64,000 bases of DNA from positions 480,001 through 544,000 of the forward strand of contig CBDFLJ010000002.1 in NCBI GenBank assembly GCA_965248835.1. Direction: 5' to 3'. This document shows, piece after piece, positions 1-10,635 of the stretch; position 1 is the stretch's first letter, and each line of letters begins with the position of its first letter. Under the pieces are notes generated by a model. That model was not told where the DNA came from. It saw nothing but the letters and a program-made list of their open reading frames with translations, and ran no database searches. Source of the stretch: Alphaproteobacteria bacterium (GTDB lineage Bacteria; Pseudomonadota; Alphaproteobacteria; MPNO01). The translations under genes and the position numbers were made by a program.

Positions 1-529
1 CGACACGGTACAGGTAAAGCGCTGGGTGAAGGACGTCCCGCCGTCGCGCACCTTCGCCGAATTCGGCGAGTACCGGGACAATATCGACGTGTGGTCGATA
101 TCCCAGTTTCGACCGCCGTCATACGTTCGGGTGAGCTATGGCTCCTTGGATGCCAGGCACGGATTGGCCGACGACGGCCTCGCCGGTGACGCGATATGGC
201 AGCCCGGGCATTGGGGCTTTCAGGTGTTTCATGGCATTACGCCGGAGACAGATGTCACGACGCACCAGTTCCGCTACATTCTGCACGAAAAAGGCGCGGC
301 GGATGCGGAAAAGACAGCCGAGTTCTATCGTCAAAACGATCAAATCATCAACGAAGACCGAGTGATCTTCGAAGCCCAGCAAAAAGCCCTGTCGTTCGAC
401 CCACGAGGCGCTTCCGCACATGACCTCCAGTCCGAAGCGACCATCATCGCCGATGGCGGTTTGGACCTGGCTCGGGCGATCAACAACTCGATCGGCAAGA
501 GGTTCGATGCACAGGTCGAGCGAAGCTGA
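1..529 (+). CDS. Rieske non-heme iron oxygenase alpha subunit (VanA/TsaM-like), 3' part, truncated by window edge
   Basis: Frame open from nt 2; WGFQVFHGITPET and ED..IFEAQQ motifs shared with the two full paralogs downstream. Confidence 0.85.
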   Translation, partial: DTVQVKRWVKDVPPSRTFAEFGEYRDNIDVWSISQFRPPSYVRVSYGSLDARHGLADDGLAGDAIWQPGHWGFQVFHGITPETDVTTHQFRYILHEKGAADAEKTAEFYRQNDQIINEDRVIFEAQQKALSFDPRGASAHDLQSEATIIADGGLDLARAINNSIGKRFDAQVERS

Positions 530-626
530 AGAAGGGATTGATGCAACCGAACAAGTTTCGAGCGGTCCAGAGAGTCGACGTCTGTCGCAAGGCCGGAATA
601 TCGCGAAGTCCGACGGAGAGCCATGG

Positions 627-1700
627 ATGTTCATGGAGGACAACTGGTACGTTGCGGCTTGGTCTGATGAAATAGACGCGTCCCTGTTTCCCCGGACTCT
701 GCTCAATCAGCCCGTCGTCATGTACAGGAAACGCGACGGTACCGTGGTCGCACTCGAAGACCGTTGCGCGCACCGCAAGCTGCCGCTGTCGTTGGGACGG
801 CTCGTCGACGACCGGATTCAGTGCGGATATCACGGCCTGGTCTACGACTGTTCGGGCAAGTGTATCCACGTACCCGGTCAGGCACGGGTTCCACGCCGCG
901 CACGGACGCGCGCCTACCCCGTGGTCGAACGCGATCAATTCATTCTGATCTGGATGGGCGATCCCGAACGTGCGGACCCTGCCAGGATTGTCAGTTTTCC
1001 ACGCCTGAGCGATCCGACATGGGGATGCAGCAAAGTCCGGCTATACGTGAAGGCGAACTATTTGCTGATCTTCGACAACCTGCTCGATCTCTCACATGTC
1101 GCCTATGTCCACAACACGACGATCGGCAACGCTCCCGTTGCCGAGGAAGCCACGATCAATATCGTGCAGGACGGAAACAATGTCAGCGTGTCCAGGGAAA
1201 TGGTCGATGTCCCCGCCGCCCCCAACTACGCGCAATTCGGACCATACCAGGGGAATTTCGATCGTTGGCAGGTAGGAAAATATATCTACCCTTCGTACTT
1301 TTACATCAATAACGGATGCGCCGCAGCAAATAGCGGTAACGGTGATGACTCAAGGGTAGAAACCTCCGGAGAATGGGGATTTCAGGTCTACCACGGCATA
1401 ACTCCGGAAACGGAAAGAACAACACATCAGTTTTGGGTCATCGCTCACGATCTGGAAATGACTGGCGAACGAGATCGACCCGAGTTCTACCAGCAGCATC
1501 ACCAAGTCATCGGCGAGGATGTTGTCATGTACGAAGCCCAACAAAAGTCGCTCGATACGGACCTCGCCGGCGCGACGGCTTACAACTTGCAGAGCAGAGC
1601 GGTCATTGAGGCAGATACCGGTCTAAGCATAGCACGGAACATCATCAAGCAGTTGCACGAGGATATCGCAGCAAGAACGCAACCGGCGAATCCGAAATAG
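627..1700 (+). CDS. Rieske non-heme iron oxygenase alpha subunit (VanA/TsaM-like)
   Basis: Rieske CAH...CGYH motif, mononuclear-iron DNLLDLSHVAYVH motif; ATG at 627 after GGAGAG RBS. Confidence 0.92.
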   Translation: MFMEDNWYVAAWSDEIDASLFPRTLLNQPVVMYRKRDGTVVALEDRCAHRKLPLSLGRLVDDRIQCGYHGLVYDCSGKCIHVPGQARVPRRARTRAYPVVERDQFILIWMGDPERADPARIVSFPRLSDPTWGCSKVRLYVKANYLLIFDNLLDLSHVAYVHNTTIGNAPVAEEATINIVQDGNNVSVSREMVDVPAAPNYAQFGPYQGNFDRWQVGKYIYPSYFYINNGCAAANSGNGDDSRVETSGEWGFQVYHGITPETERTTHQFWVIAHDLEMTGERDRPEFYQQHHQVIGEDVVMYEAQQKSLDTDLAGATAYNLQSRAVIEADTGLSIARNIIKQLHEDIAARTQPANPK

Positions 1701-1728
1701 GGAATTCGCCGCGACAGGAGGACGACAA

Positions 1729-2853
1729 ATGGCGAAATACTCGAACAAGAGCACTTCGCGCAGGGATGTCATAAAGGGCGCCGGCGCGGGCGCCGTGACG
1801 GCTGTATTGGGCGGTTCAATGGCGTTTCCGGCTCCGGCCATCGCCAAGAACAGGACGCTCGATTTTACGCTATCGTGGCTTCCGACCGGCCAATACGCCT
1901 ATGTTACACTGGCCAAGCAGTTGTTCTGGAAGAAGCGCGGCCTCGATGTCAGCGTCAAGCGCGGGTACGGTTCGCTAACCACCATCCAGGCGATGAACAC
2001 CGGCAAGTTCGATGTCGGCGGGGCAGCGACCTCGACCAGCCTGCTGGGAATGTTCCGGGGCCTCGATCTCAAGTTCGTCGCTACCCACGCTTACGATTCG
2101 ACCATGGGTCTCATCGTGCCCGCCGATGGGCCGATCAAGACACCGAAGGACTTCGAGGGCAGGAAGCTCGGTCTCGTGCAGTCCAGCGGCGAAACGCCGT
2201 TTCTGCCGACCTATTTCAAGCTGGCCGGCGTCGATCGGAGCAAGATCCAGACGGTCGCTCTCGATTCACAACTCATTGAACAGGCGCTCCTGTCTGGGCG
2301 TGTCGATTTCATCGTTGGGTTTGGGATGAGCTCGATGCCCAACTTCATCATGAAGGACTTCAAGGTGAAGCTCTTCCCGTTTTCCGGCGTCGGGCTGAAG
2401 TTCTATTGGGTCAATGCACTGATTCGACCCGAGTTCCTGCGTAAGGAGCCGCAAGTTTCTGCTGACATCGTCGCCGGCTTGCTGGAGGGGCAGAAGCACG
2501 CGTTGCTCAATCCCGAAGAGGCGGTCGAACGCCATCTCAAGGAATATCCCGAGATTGCCGCCACCACGAAGGGCAAGCTTTATACGGAACTCGGTGTCGG
2601 GATGATCAACGCCAATCTGGTAACCGAGGAGACGATGAAACACTCAATCGGCTATACCGACCTCGACAAGATCCGCGAGCAGGTCAAGCTCGTGCGCAAG
2701 TTCGTCGCCAAGAAAGAGGACCCGAGCCCGCCTCCCGTCGAGTCCTTTTGCACCAACGACCTCATCGGGAAGGTCACATTGACGCCCGATGAGTGGAAAA
2801 CGGCGAGGGACAAGGCCACGAGTTACGGTGAGATCCTGGGTCTCAAGGTCTAG
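1729..2853 (+). CDS. ABC transporter substrate-binding protein, NMT1/THI5/SsuA-like, Tat signal
   Basis: SRRDVIKG twin-arginine signal; LSWLP...GLDVSVKRGYGS and IKTPKDFEGRKLG motifs. Confidence 0.88.
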   Translation: MAKYSNKSTSRRDVIKGAGAGAVTAVLGGSMAFPAPAIAKNRTLDFTLSWLPTGQYAYVTLAKQLFWKKRGLDVSVKRGYGSLTTIQAMNTGKFDVGGAATSTSLLGMFRGLDLKFVATHAYDSTMGLIVPADGPIKTPKDFEGRKLGLVQSSGETPFLPTYFKLAGVDRSKIQTVALDSQLIEQALLSGRVDFIVGFGMSSMPNFIMKDFKVKLFPFSGVGLKFYWVNALIRPEFLRKEPQVSADIVAGLLEGQKHALLNPEEAVERHLKEYPEIAATTKGKLYTELGVGMINANLVTEETMKHSIGYTDLDKIREQVKLVRKFVAKKEDPSPPPVESFCTNDLIGKVTLTPDEWKTARDKATSYGEILGLKV

Positions 2854-2881
2854 CATAGCGACATTCGACTCCGAGACCGGA

Positions 2882-3757
2882 ATGGAACAAGATCCGAAAT
2901 TTGACAATCGTTCCGGTCTTGGGGTCAACCGCGACGCCGATATCGTATGTCGGCAGGTGCGCAAGGTTTACAACGCGAACGGAAAGCCGCTGGAAGCCGT
3001 CCGACGCGTGGATTTCTCAGTTGCCGATGGCGAATTCGTTTCGCTGCTGGGGCCGAGCGGCTGCGGCAAAAGCACGCTCCTGATGATGATCGGAGGGATC
3101 GAGAGCATAACCAGCGGCGAAATTTTCGCCGGCGGAGAGCCGGTAACAGGGCCGCGGCGGGAGTTCGGGATTATGCTCCAGGAACCCACCTTGCTTCCGT
3201 GGAAGTCTGCCATGGACAACGTGATGTTCCCGATCGACATGATGCGGTTGTCCCGCAGACGGTCCCGCAGACGGTATATGGACCGCGCCCTCGAACTGCT
3301 CCAGACCATCGGGCTCGCCGGATTCGAAAGAAGCAAACCGAGGGAACTGTCGGGCGGGATGCGTCAGCGTGTCGCGATCTGTCGGGCCTTGATCAGCGAT
3401 CCCCGCGTTTTGCTGATGGATGAACCGTTCAGCGCGCTCGACGCAATGACTCGCGACGAGATGAATATCCTCATGCTGGATCTCTGGGAGACCTACAGGA
3501 AGACGGCGATCTTCGTAACCCATTCCATACGCGAGGCGGTCCTGCTCTCGGACCGCGTCCTGGTCATGCGCGACCGCCCCTCAACCATCATCAGCGACAC
3601 GAGCATCCCTTTTCAGCGTCCGCGCAGCATCAGCCTCGGAGAAACCCAGGAGTTCAATGAAATCTGCGCGATGCTGCGCGATCAGATCGAGGTCGCGCGG
3701 ACCGATGGCGATGGCCGAACGCCCGGCGCGCTCGCCGAAGGCGAGGCAGGGTCATGA
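2882..3757 (+). CDS. ABC transporter ATP-binding protein (TauB/SsuB-like)
   Basis: Walker A GPSGCGKST, LSGGMRQR signature, LLMDEPF Walker B; start approximate. Confidence 0.93.
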   Translation: MEQDPKFDNRSGLGVNRDADIVCRQVRKVYNANGKPLEAVRRVDFSVADGEFVSLLGPSGCGKSTLLMMIGGIESITSGEIFAGGEPVTGPRREFGIMLQEPTLLPWKSAMDNVMFPIDMMRLSRRRSRRRYMDRALELLQTIGLAGFERSKPRELSGGMRQRVAICRALISDPRVLLMDEPFSALDAMTRDEMNILMLDLWETYRKTAIFVTHSIREAVLLSDRVLVMRDRPSTIISDTSIPFQRPRSISLGETQEFNEICAMLRDQIEVARTDGDGRTPGALAEGEAGS

Positions 3758-4593
3758 AGGACCAGCCTTACGTCGTGCCGGCTGACGGCTCCGTGATCGA
3801 GGGGCCGGCGCGGCACCGCGGCAGACTGGCCTCCGTTTCCAGGCAGGCGCTTCTTTCCGCAATTCTGCCGATCACGACTGCGGCGGCGGCTCTCGTCGCC
3901 TGGGAAGTTCTGGTGACGAGAAGCGGGATTGCGGAGTCGATCCTGCCGCCACCGACCGCCGTGATGAGCAAATTGTTCGATTTTCTGGGGTTGCTCATGT
4001 CCCATAGCGTGCCAACCACTTTGGAAACGCTGGTGGCTTTCGGGATCTCCATCCCGCTCGGGATCGCGTTGGCGGCCGTCATGATCTATTCGCCACTGAT
4101 AAACCGGGCGCTATACGCAAATCTTGTTTTCTTTCAGCTGATTCCGAAGATAGCGCTCGCCCCGCTGTTCATCGTATGGTTGGGAATCGGGGCGGAATCA
4201 CGCGTTGCTTTTTCCGTGTTCATTTGTTTTTTCCCAATTCTAATTTCGACCGTTACCGGTCTGCAGGCGGTCGATCGCGATATGCTTCGCCTTTGTAAAT
4301 CGGTCGGGGCAAGTGACTGGCAGGTACTCATCCACGTTCGATTTCCGTATTCGTTTCCATTCATATTCGCCGGTATGAAAGTTGCGGTAACCCTTGCGAT
4401 CATCGGTGTCGTCGTCGGCGAGTTCATCGCTTCGACCGAGGGGCTCGGGTATCTCATACTGTTCGCGTCGTCGCGCCAGCAAACCGATCTCGGACTCGCC
4501 GCCATAACCCTATTGTGCATCGTCGGGCTCATGTTCTACGGACTCGTCGTCCTCGGCGAGATCGTCTTCGAGAAATTCTACGGCAGCCGTTGA
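3754..4593 (+). CDS. ABC transporter permease (TauC/SsuC-like)
   Basis: LPPP motif, about 6 TM segments, VVGEF...GLGYLI. Confidence 0.92.
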   Translation: MKDQPYVVPADGSVIEGPARHRGRLASVSRQALLSAILPITTAAAALVAWEVLVTRSGIAESILPPPTAVMSKLFDFLGLLMSHSVPTTLETLVAFGISIPLGIALAAVMIYSPLINRALYANLVFFQLIPKIALAPLFIVWLGIGAESRVAFSVFICFFPILISTVTGLQAVDRDMLRLCKSVGASDWQVLIHVRFPYSFPFIFAGMKVAVTLAIIGVVVGEFIASTEGLGYLILFASSRQQTDLGLAAITLLCIVGLMFYGLVVLGEIVFEKFYGSR

Positions 4594-4677
4594 CGCGTTC
4601 GATGCGCGTGAGGGTGGCCGGAGATTGGATTGACGGATTGAGAAACCGGATCTTGAAATTCTGGAAGGTTTGAACCC

Positions 4678-5703
4678 ATGTTCGTCAGGAATTCCTGGTA
4701 CTTGGCGGCGTGGTCGGATGAGCTTCGCGAGATGCCGTTGGGCCTCGTACTACTATGCGACCCGATCGTCCTGTTTAGAAGCTCCGACGGTGCCCCAATC
4801 GCGCTGGAAGACCGGTGCGTGCACCGGCGCGTTCCGCTTTCCATGGGAACTATCTGCGACGATCGCATCCAGTGTACCTATCACGGTTTCGTCTACGATC
4901 GCACGGGCGCGTGCGTCAAGATCCCCGGGCAATCGTCGATCCCGGCGGAAGCGAGGATAAGAAGCTATCCGATCGTCGAGCGCCATGGCTGTATCTTCGT
5001 TTGGATGGGAAACCCGCAAAAGGCGGATGACGCCCTGGTACCCAAATTCGAGACACTCCGGAAGCCCGGCTATGGCGTGACCAAAAAGCATGTCCGGCTA
5101 GAGACCCACTATCAACTCATCATCGACAACCTGTTGGACCTGTCGCACCTTGCCTATCTTCATGCCTCGAGTGTAGGCCAGGCGGAGCTCGCCGAGCTGG
5201 CAAACGTAAATACCGAGATCGAGGGCGATATCGTCAGGGTTTCACGATGGACGCTCGATGTCCCGGCGGTTCGCACGTACCAGCAGTTCGGCCGGTACGA
5301 AACCAACATCGACCGTTGGCAAATCTCGGAGTTTACGCCGCCGTGCTTCTTCATCATCGACAATGGCGCCGCATCGACGGGAACCGGTGCTCCTGAAGGG
5401 AAGACCGGCGAGAACAGGTGGGGCTTCAACGTGTGCCACGGTATCACCCCGGAAACCGACAGGACGACGCATTACTTCTGGGCCCTGTCGCATGAATTCA
5501 GTGATACCGAGGACCGATTGCAGGAGTTCTACCGTCAGAACCATGAGGTTGTAGGGGAAGACATTTCCATCTTTGAGGCGCAACAGAAATACATCGACCT
5601 GGACCCGACGGCCAAGACCGTCGATTTCAAGTACGACGCCGGACCGCTCAAGGCCCGGATGATCATGGACCGTCTGATATCCGAGGAAATGGCCGGGGCG
5701 TGA
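4678..5703 (+). CDS. Rieske non-heme iron oxygenase alpha subunit (VanA/TsaM-like)
   Basis: CVH...CTYH Rieske motif, DNLLDLSHLAYLH iron motif. Confidence 0.92.
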   Translation: MFVRNSWYLAAWSDELREMPLGLVLLCDPIVLFRSSDGAPIALEDRCVHRRVPLSMGTICDDRIQCTYHGFVYDRTGACVKIPGQSSIPAEARIRSYPIVERHGCIFVWMGNPQKADDALVPKFETLRKPGYGVTKKHVRLETHYQLIIDNLLDLSHLAYLHASSVGQAELAELANVNTEIEGDIVRVSRWTLDVPAVRTYQQFGRYETNIDRWQISEFTPPCFFIIDNGAASTGTGAPEGKTGENRWGFNVCHGITPETDRTTHYFWALSHEFSDTEDRLQEFYRQNHEVVGEDISIFEAQQKYIDLDPTAKTVDFKYDAGPLKARMIMDRLISEEMAGA

Positions 5704-5705
5704 GC

Positions 5706-6762
5706 TAGAGCACTTTCAGATCAGACAGAATCATAGGGGATTCCCTTGAGTCGGGGTTTGTGATTCAAGATGCGTGCTGGAGAAGGAGGCCAGCGTGCAT
5801 GACGAAACCTCTTTCGATTGATTTACGGGAACGGCTGATATCGGCAGTTGAAGACGGGATGTCGCGGCGCTGTGCGGCGGAACGCTTTGGGGTCGCGGCG
5901 TCGACAGCGATCAAATGGGTGGATCAATGGCGACGAACGGGCAATGTCCGACCCCAGCCGCAGGGCGGGGATTATCGCTCGCAGCGGATCGAAGCCCATG
6001 CCGAGGAAGTCCTGGCTCTGATCGAGGAAACGCCGGACATCACCCTGGGCGAGATCGCCGTGCATCTGGATGAGACGCATGAGCTGAAGGTCGCTCCAAG
6101 CACCGTCTGGCGTCTGCTTGATCGCCACGGTATGACGTTCAAAAAAAACCGCGCACGCCAGCGAACAACAGCGGCCTGACGTTCTGCGGCGTCGTCGAGC
6201 CTGGTTCGAATCCCAGCCCGATCTGGAGCCGGAGCGGCTTGTTTTCATCGACGAGACCGGAGCATCGACCAAGATGGCTCGGCGTTATGGTCGATCGCCG
6301 CGCGGCGAACGCTGCCGGGCGCCGGTGCCCCATGGGCATTGGAAGACGACCACCTTCGTCGGCGCGCTCAGGCTGGAAGGCATGACCGCGCCCATGATCC
6401 TCGACGGCGCCATGCACGGTGCCGCCTTCCTGGAATACGTGGAACAGGTGCTGGCGCCAACGCTCTCGCCCGGCGATATCGTCATCATGGACAATCTGCC
6501 TGCGCACAAACCTGTCACGGTACGCCTCGCCATCGAAGCCGTGGGCGCTGAACTGCGTTTTCTTCCGCCGTACTCCCCCGACTTCAATCCCATTGAGATG
6601 GCTTTCTCCAAGCTCAAGGCCTTCCTCGAAAAGACTGCGGCCCGAACGGTCGACGATCTTTGGGACGCGATTGCATACGGCATCAAGATATTCACCCCAA
6701 CGGAATGTGAAAACTACTTCGCTGCTGCAGGATATGACCGTGTCTGATCGGAAATTGCTCTA
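5706..6762 (+). mobile_element. IS630-family element 1 (two-ORF type, transposase 5799-6747 joined by -1 slippage)
   Basis: TIRs tagagcactttcagatcagac / gtctgatcggaaattgctcta; [14 protein letters not shown] and [12 protein letters not shown] motifs; A8 run at 6141-6148. Confidence 0.93.
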
Positions 6763-7540
6763 GGCTCTGGACCCATAACCAACAAATGACGATCCGGCGA
6801 TGGTGACGGCGGCGGTGAGGTCAGGGCGAGTTTGTCCGGCTGGCGATCCGGCGCCAGTCAACTTGAGTCGGGCGCAACGTTCGATGTTGCGCAGACGGTC
6901 GCACTGACTTGCCGATCTTGATGCCGTTTGCGGGTGATAGGCCAGGGGATCGCCGGGATGGTGCTGGCGGTCGAGAAGCCGGTCGAGGAGCGATCGCGTC
7001 GTAGGCGGTATCGGCGATGGACACAGATGCCCGGCGGCGCACGTCCGCAGGCGCGCCGCCGGTGCGTCGCCGCATGGACCGCCCCGGCGATCAGCGGAGT
7101 TCGCGCGGCCGTGCTCGTCGGCGGCATCGACAATCGTGCGCCCGCATCGCGGGCGGCCGATGCGCCTGGAAGGGAAGACCGGCTGAGAACAGGTGTGCCT
7201 TGACATTCGAAAGCATCACCGCCGCTGGCGGTCATCAGCCCCGCCAACCGCACGGACGACGCCATGCCATACACCCTTGCGGCCCTGCGGACATGAGCGG
7301 TTGTACAGTGATCCGAGGGCCGATTCCGCAGGCGCATCCCTACCGGCAGAACCCGAGGTTGTAGGGGAAGACATTCCCCGATATCACCCGGCGTCAACAG
7401 AAATACATCGACGCTGGTGTCCGACGGCCAAGACGGCGTCGACTTCCAAGTACGACGCCACCGCTCAAGGCTCTCCGATCCTCAATCCCATGGTTTGGAA
7501 GCTGAATCCGACAGAAATGCGCTTTTATGGGTCCAGATGG
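6763..7540 (-). mobile_element. IS5-family element, inverted and garbled copy of the IS at 9670-10634 (pseudogene or consensus artefact)
   Basis: Reverse complement follows 9670-10634 with many small indels; ends ggctctggacccata and tatgggtccaga. Confidence 0.8.
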
Positions 7541-7541
7541 C

Positions 7542-8613
7542 TAGAGCGTCCTTGGATTGAGTGGAATCAATTGGTGGATACCCATTCATGATGATGTGTG
7601 ATTCCCTCTCACGACATCGATATGTTGTGGGAGGCGGACATGGCATGGCGACGCGGGCAGGCTTATTCGCAGGATCTGCGCGATCGTGTTCTCTCAGCGG
7701 TGGATGGTGGGCTGGGCGTCTATCGGGCAGCCGAGCTGTTCGATGTGAGCGTGTCCTACATCTACAAGGCGCTGGATCGTCGGCGCCGAACGGGCGAGAG
7801 CGGCGCGAACCCGAACCGGGGCCACCGCCGGCGCAAACTGTCGGCGGCGCAGGCGGTGGCACTGGCGGCGCATATCGCCGCACACCCGGACATCACCCTG
7901 GCGCGGTTGCAGGACTGGCTGGCGGCCGAGCACGCGGTGCGGCTGAGTGACGGCGCGATCTGGCAGGCGGTCGACCGGCTCGGCCTGTCGTTCAAAAAAA
8001 ACCCTGCGCGCCGCCGAGCACGATCGGCCCGACATGGCCGCCCGGCGCCGGGCCTGGCGGGCGGCGCAGGGCTGGATCGACCCACGACGCCTGGTGTTCA
8101 TTGATGAAAGCGGGGTGAACACCAAGATGACCCGGCGCTACGGCCGCGCGCCGGTCGGCCGTCGTCTGCACGCCGCGGCCCCCTTCGGTCACTGGAAGAC
8201 CATGACCTTCGTCGCCGCGCTGCGACAGCGCGGGCTGAGCGCGCCCTGGGTGCTTGACGGCGCCATGGACGGCGACGCCTTCAGAACCTACACCGCCGAG
8301 ATCCTCGCCCCGACGCTCACGCCAGGCGACATCGTGGTCATGGACAACCTGCCGGCCCACAAGGTCGCCGGCATCGCCGAGACCATCGCCGGACAACAGG
8401 CCCAGCTCTTCTATCTGCCGCCGTACTCGCCCGACATGAACCCGATCGAACTCGCCTTCTCAAAGCTCAAGACCGCACTCAGGGCCGAGCCGGCACGCAC
8501 CATCGACACGCTCTGGCGGCGCATCGGCACCATCCTTGATACCTTCACCCAAAGCGAATGCGCCAACTACTTCAATGCAACTGGTTATCAACACTCAATA
8601 TGAGAATGCACTA
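7542..8613 (+). mobile_element. IS630-family element 2 (transposase 7640-8603, frameshift at A8)
   Basis: YSQDLRDRV N-terminus, FIDESG, MDNLPAH, LPPYSPDMNPIE; CTAG at both ends. Confidence 0.92.
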
Positions 8614-9668
8614 GAGCATTTTCTGAGCTTTGGGAATCGAGGGGGATTCCCCGGAGGGTGGATATGTGATTCAAGATGCGTGCTGGAGAAGGAGGCCAGC
8701 GTGCATGGCGAAATCTCTTTCCAAGGATCTTCGGGAGCGGCTTGTCGCGGCGGTTGAAGGCGGGATGACACGGCGCTCGGCGGCGCAACGCTTCGGGGTG
8801 GCGGCTTCGACGGCGATCAAATGGGTCGATCGGTGGCGACGGACCGGCGATGTCGGGCCGCGGCCGCGGGGCGGCGATCACCGCTCGCACCGGATCGAGG
8901 CCCATGGCGAGGAGATCCTGGCCCTGATCGAGGAGACGCCGGACATCACCTTGGCGGAGCTGGCCGAGCATCTCGCCGCGGCCCATGGTGTGGTGTTCGC
9001 GCAGAGCACGATCTGGCGCCTGCTCGAGCGTCGCGGGATGACGTTCAAAAAAAACCGCGCACGCCAGCGAGCAGCAGCGCCCTGAGGTTGTGCGACGGCG
9101 CCACGCCTGGTTCGAGACCCAGCCTGATCTGGATCCCGAGCGACTGGTCTTCATCGACGAAACCGGCGCCTCGACCAAAATGGCGCGGCGCTATGGCCGG
9201 GCACGGCGCGGCGAGCGGTGCCGTGCCCCGGTGCCCCATGGTCATTGGAAGACCACCACCTTCGTCGGCGCGCTTCGGCTGCACGGCATGACCGCGCCCA
9301 TGGTGCTCGACGGCGCCATGAACGGCGCGGCCTTCCTGGCCTATGTGCAGCACGTGCTGGTGCCAACACTGGCCCCCGGTGACATCGTCGTGATGGACAA
9401 CTTGCCCGCGCATAAGCCCGTCGCCGTGCGGCATGCCATCGAGGGCGCCGGCGCGGAGATGCGTTTCCTGCCGCCCTACAGCCCCGACTTCAATCCGATC
9501 GAGATGGCTTTCTCCAAGCTCAAGGCCTTCCTCGAAAAGGTCGCCGCAAGAACCGTCGACGACCTCTGGGATGCTATCGCCAATGGCATCGATAGCTTCA
9601 CGCCAACCGAATGCCAAAACGACTTCGCTGCAGCCGGATATGACCGCGAATGATCGAAATATGCTCTA
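8612..9668 (+). mobile_element. IS630-family element 3 (transposase 8705-9653, frameshift at A8), relative of element 1
   Basis: TIRs tagagcattttc / gaaatatgctcta; DDE motifs as in element 1. Confidence 0.93.
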
Positions 9669-9669
9669 G

Positions 9670-10634
9670 GCTCTGGACCCATAAAAGCGCTTTATGATTC
9701 TGTTTGGATCTGATTCAAGCTTCCAAACCGTGAGGATGTCGGAGAGCTTTTGGCTGAGCGATGAGCAGTTTGGACGTCTGGCGCCGTTGTTGCCGACGGA
9801 CACGCGGGGCGTGCCGCGGGTTGACGACCGGCGGGTGATATCTGGGATCATCCATGTTCTTCAATCGGGCTGCCGGTGGAGCTTGAGGATGTCGGAGAGC
9901 CGGCGATGAAGTTTGGACTGGCCCGTTGTTGCCGACGGACACGCGCGGCGTGCCGCGGGTTGACGACCGGCGGGTGTATCGGGGATCATCCATGTTCTTC
10001 AATCGGGCTGCCGGTGGAGGGATGCGCCGGCGGAATACGGCCCTCACAAGACGCTGTACAACCGCTTTGTCCGCTGGGCGCGCAAGGGTGTATGGCAGGG
10101 CGTCTTCGTGCGGTTGGCGGATTCTGGCGGACCGCCGGCGGCGGTGATGCTGGATTCGACCCATGTCAAGGCGCACCGTTCGGCGGCGGGCGGAAAAGGG
10201 GGGCCGAGATCCAGGCGATCGGCCGCTCGCGGGGCGGGCGCACGACCAAGATCCATGCCGCCGTCGACGAGCACGGCCGGGCGCGACGGCTGATCGTCGG
10301 GGCGGGCCATCGCGGCGACGCACCGATGGCGGCGCGCCTGATCGGGGCGATGGCGCCCGGCTTGTGTATCGCCGATACCGCCTACGACAGCGACGCGCTC
10401 CGCGACCTGCTTCTCGACCGGGGCACCATCCCGGTCATCCCCAACAATCCGACCCGCAAACGGCATCACCCGTTCGATCGTCAGGCCTACCGCCTGCGCA
10501 ACGTCATCGAACGTGCCTTCGCCCGGCTCAAGGACTGGCGCCGGATCGCCACCCGATACGACAAACTCGCCCTGACCTACACCGCCGCCGTCACCATCGC
10601 CGCCATCGTCATTTGCTGGTTATGAGTCTGGAGC
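9670..10634 (+). mobile_element. IS5-family element (IS427-like, frameshifted transposase about 9736-10625)
   Basis: TIRs ggctctggacccata / tatgagtctggagcc; DSTHVKAHR, GRSRGG.TTKIH, IADTAYDS, R..IATRYDK motifs; GGAAAAGGGGGG shift site; internal duplication of about 150 bp (9731-9880 / 9884-10019). Confidence 0.88.
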
Positions 10635-10635
10635 C

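Noticed and set aside
9731-10019. Internal tandem duplication in IS5 as a biological feature
   Set aside because: The second copy carries scattered small deletions typical of consensus error, like the garbled copy at 6763-7540; unsupported without reads.
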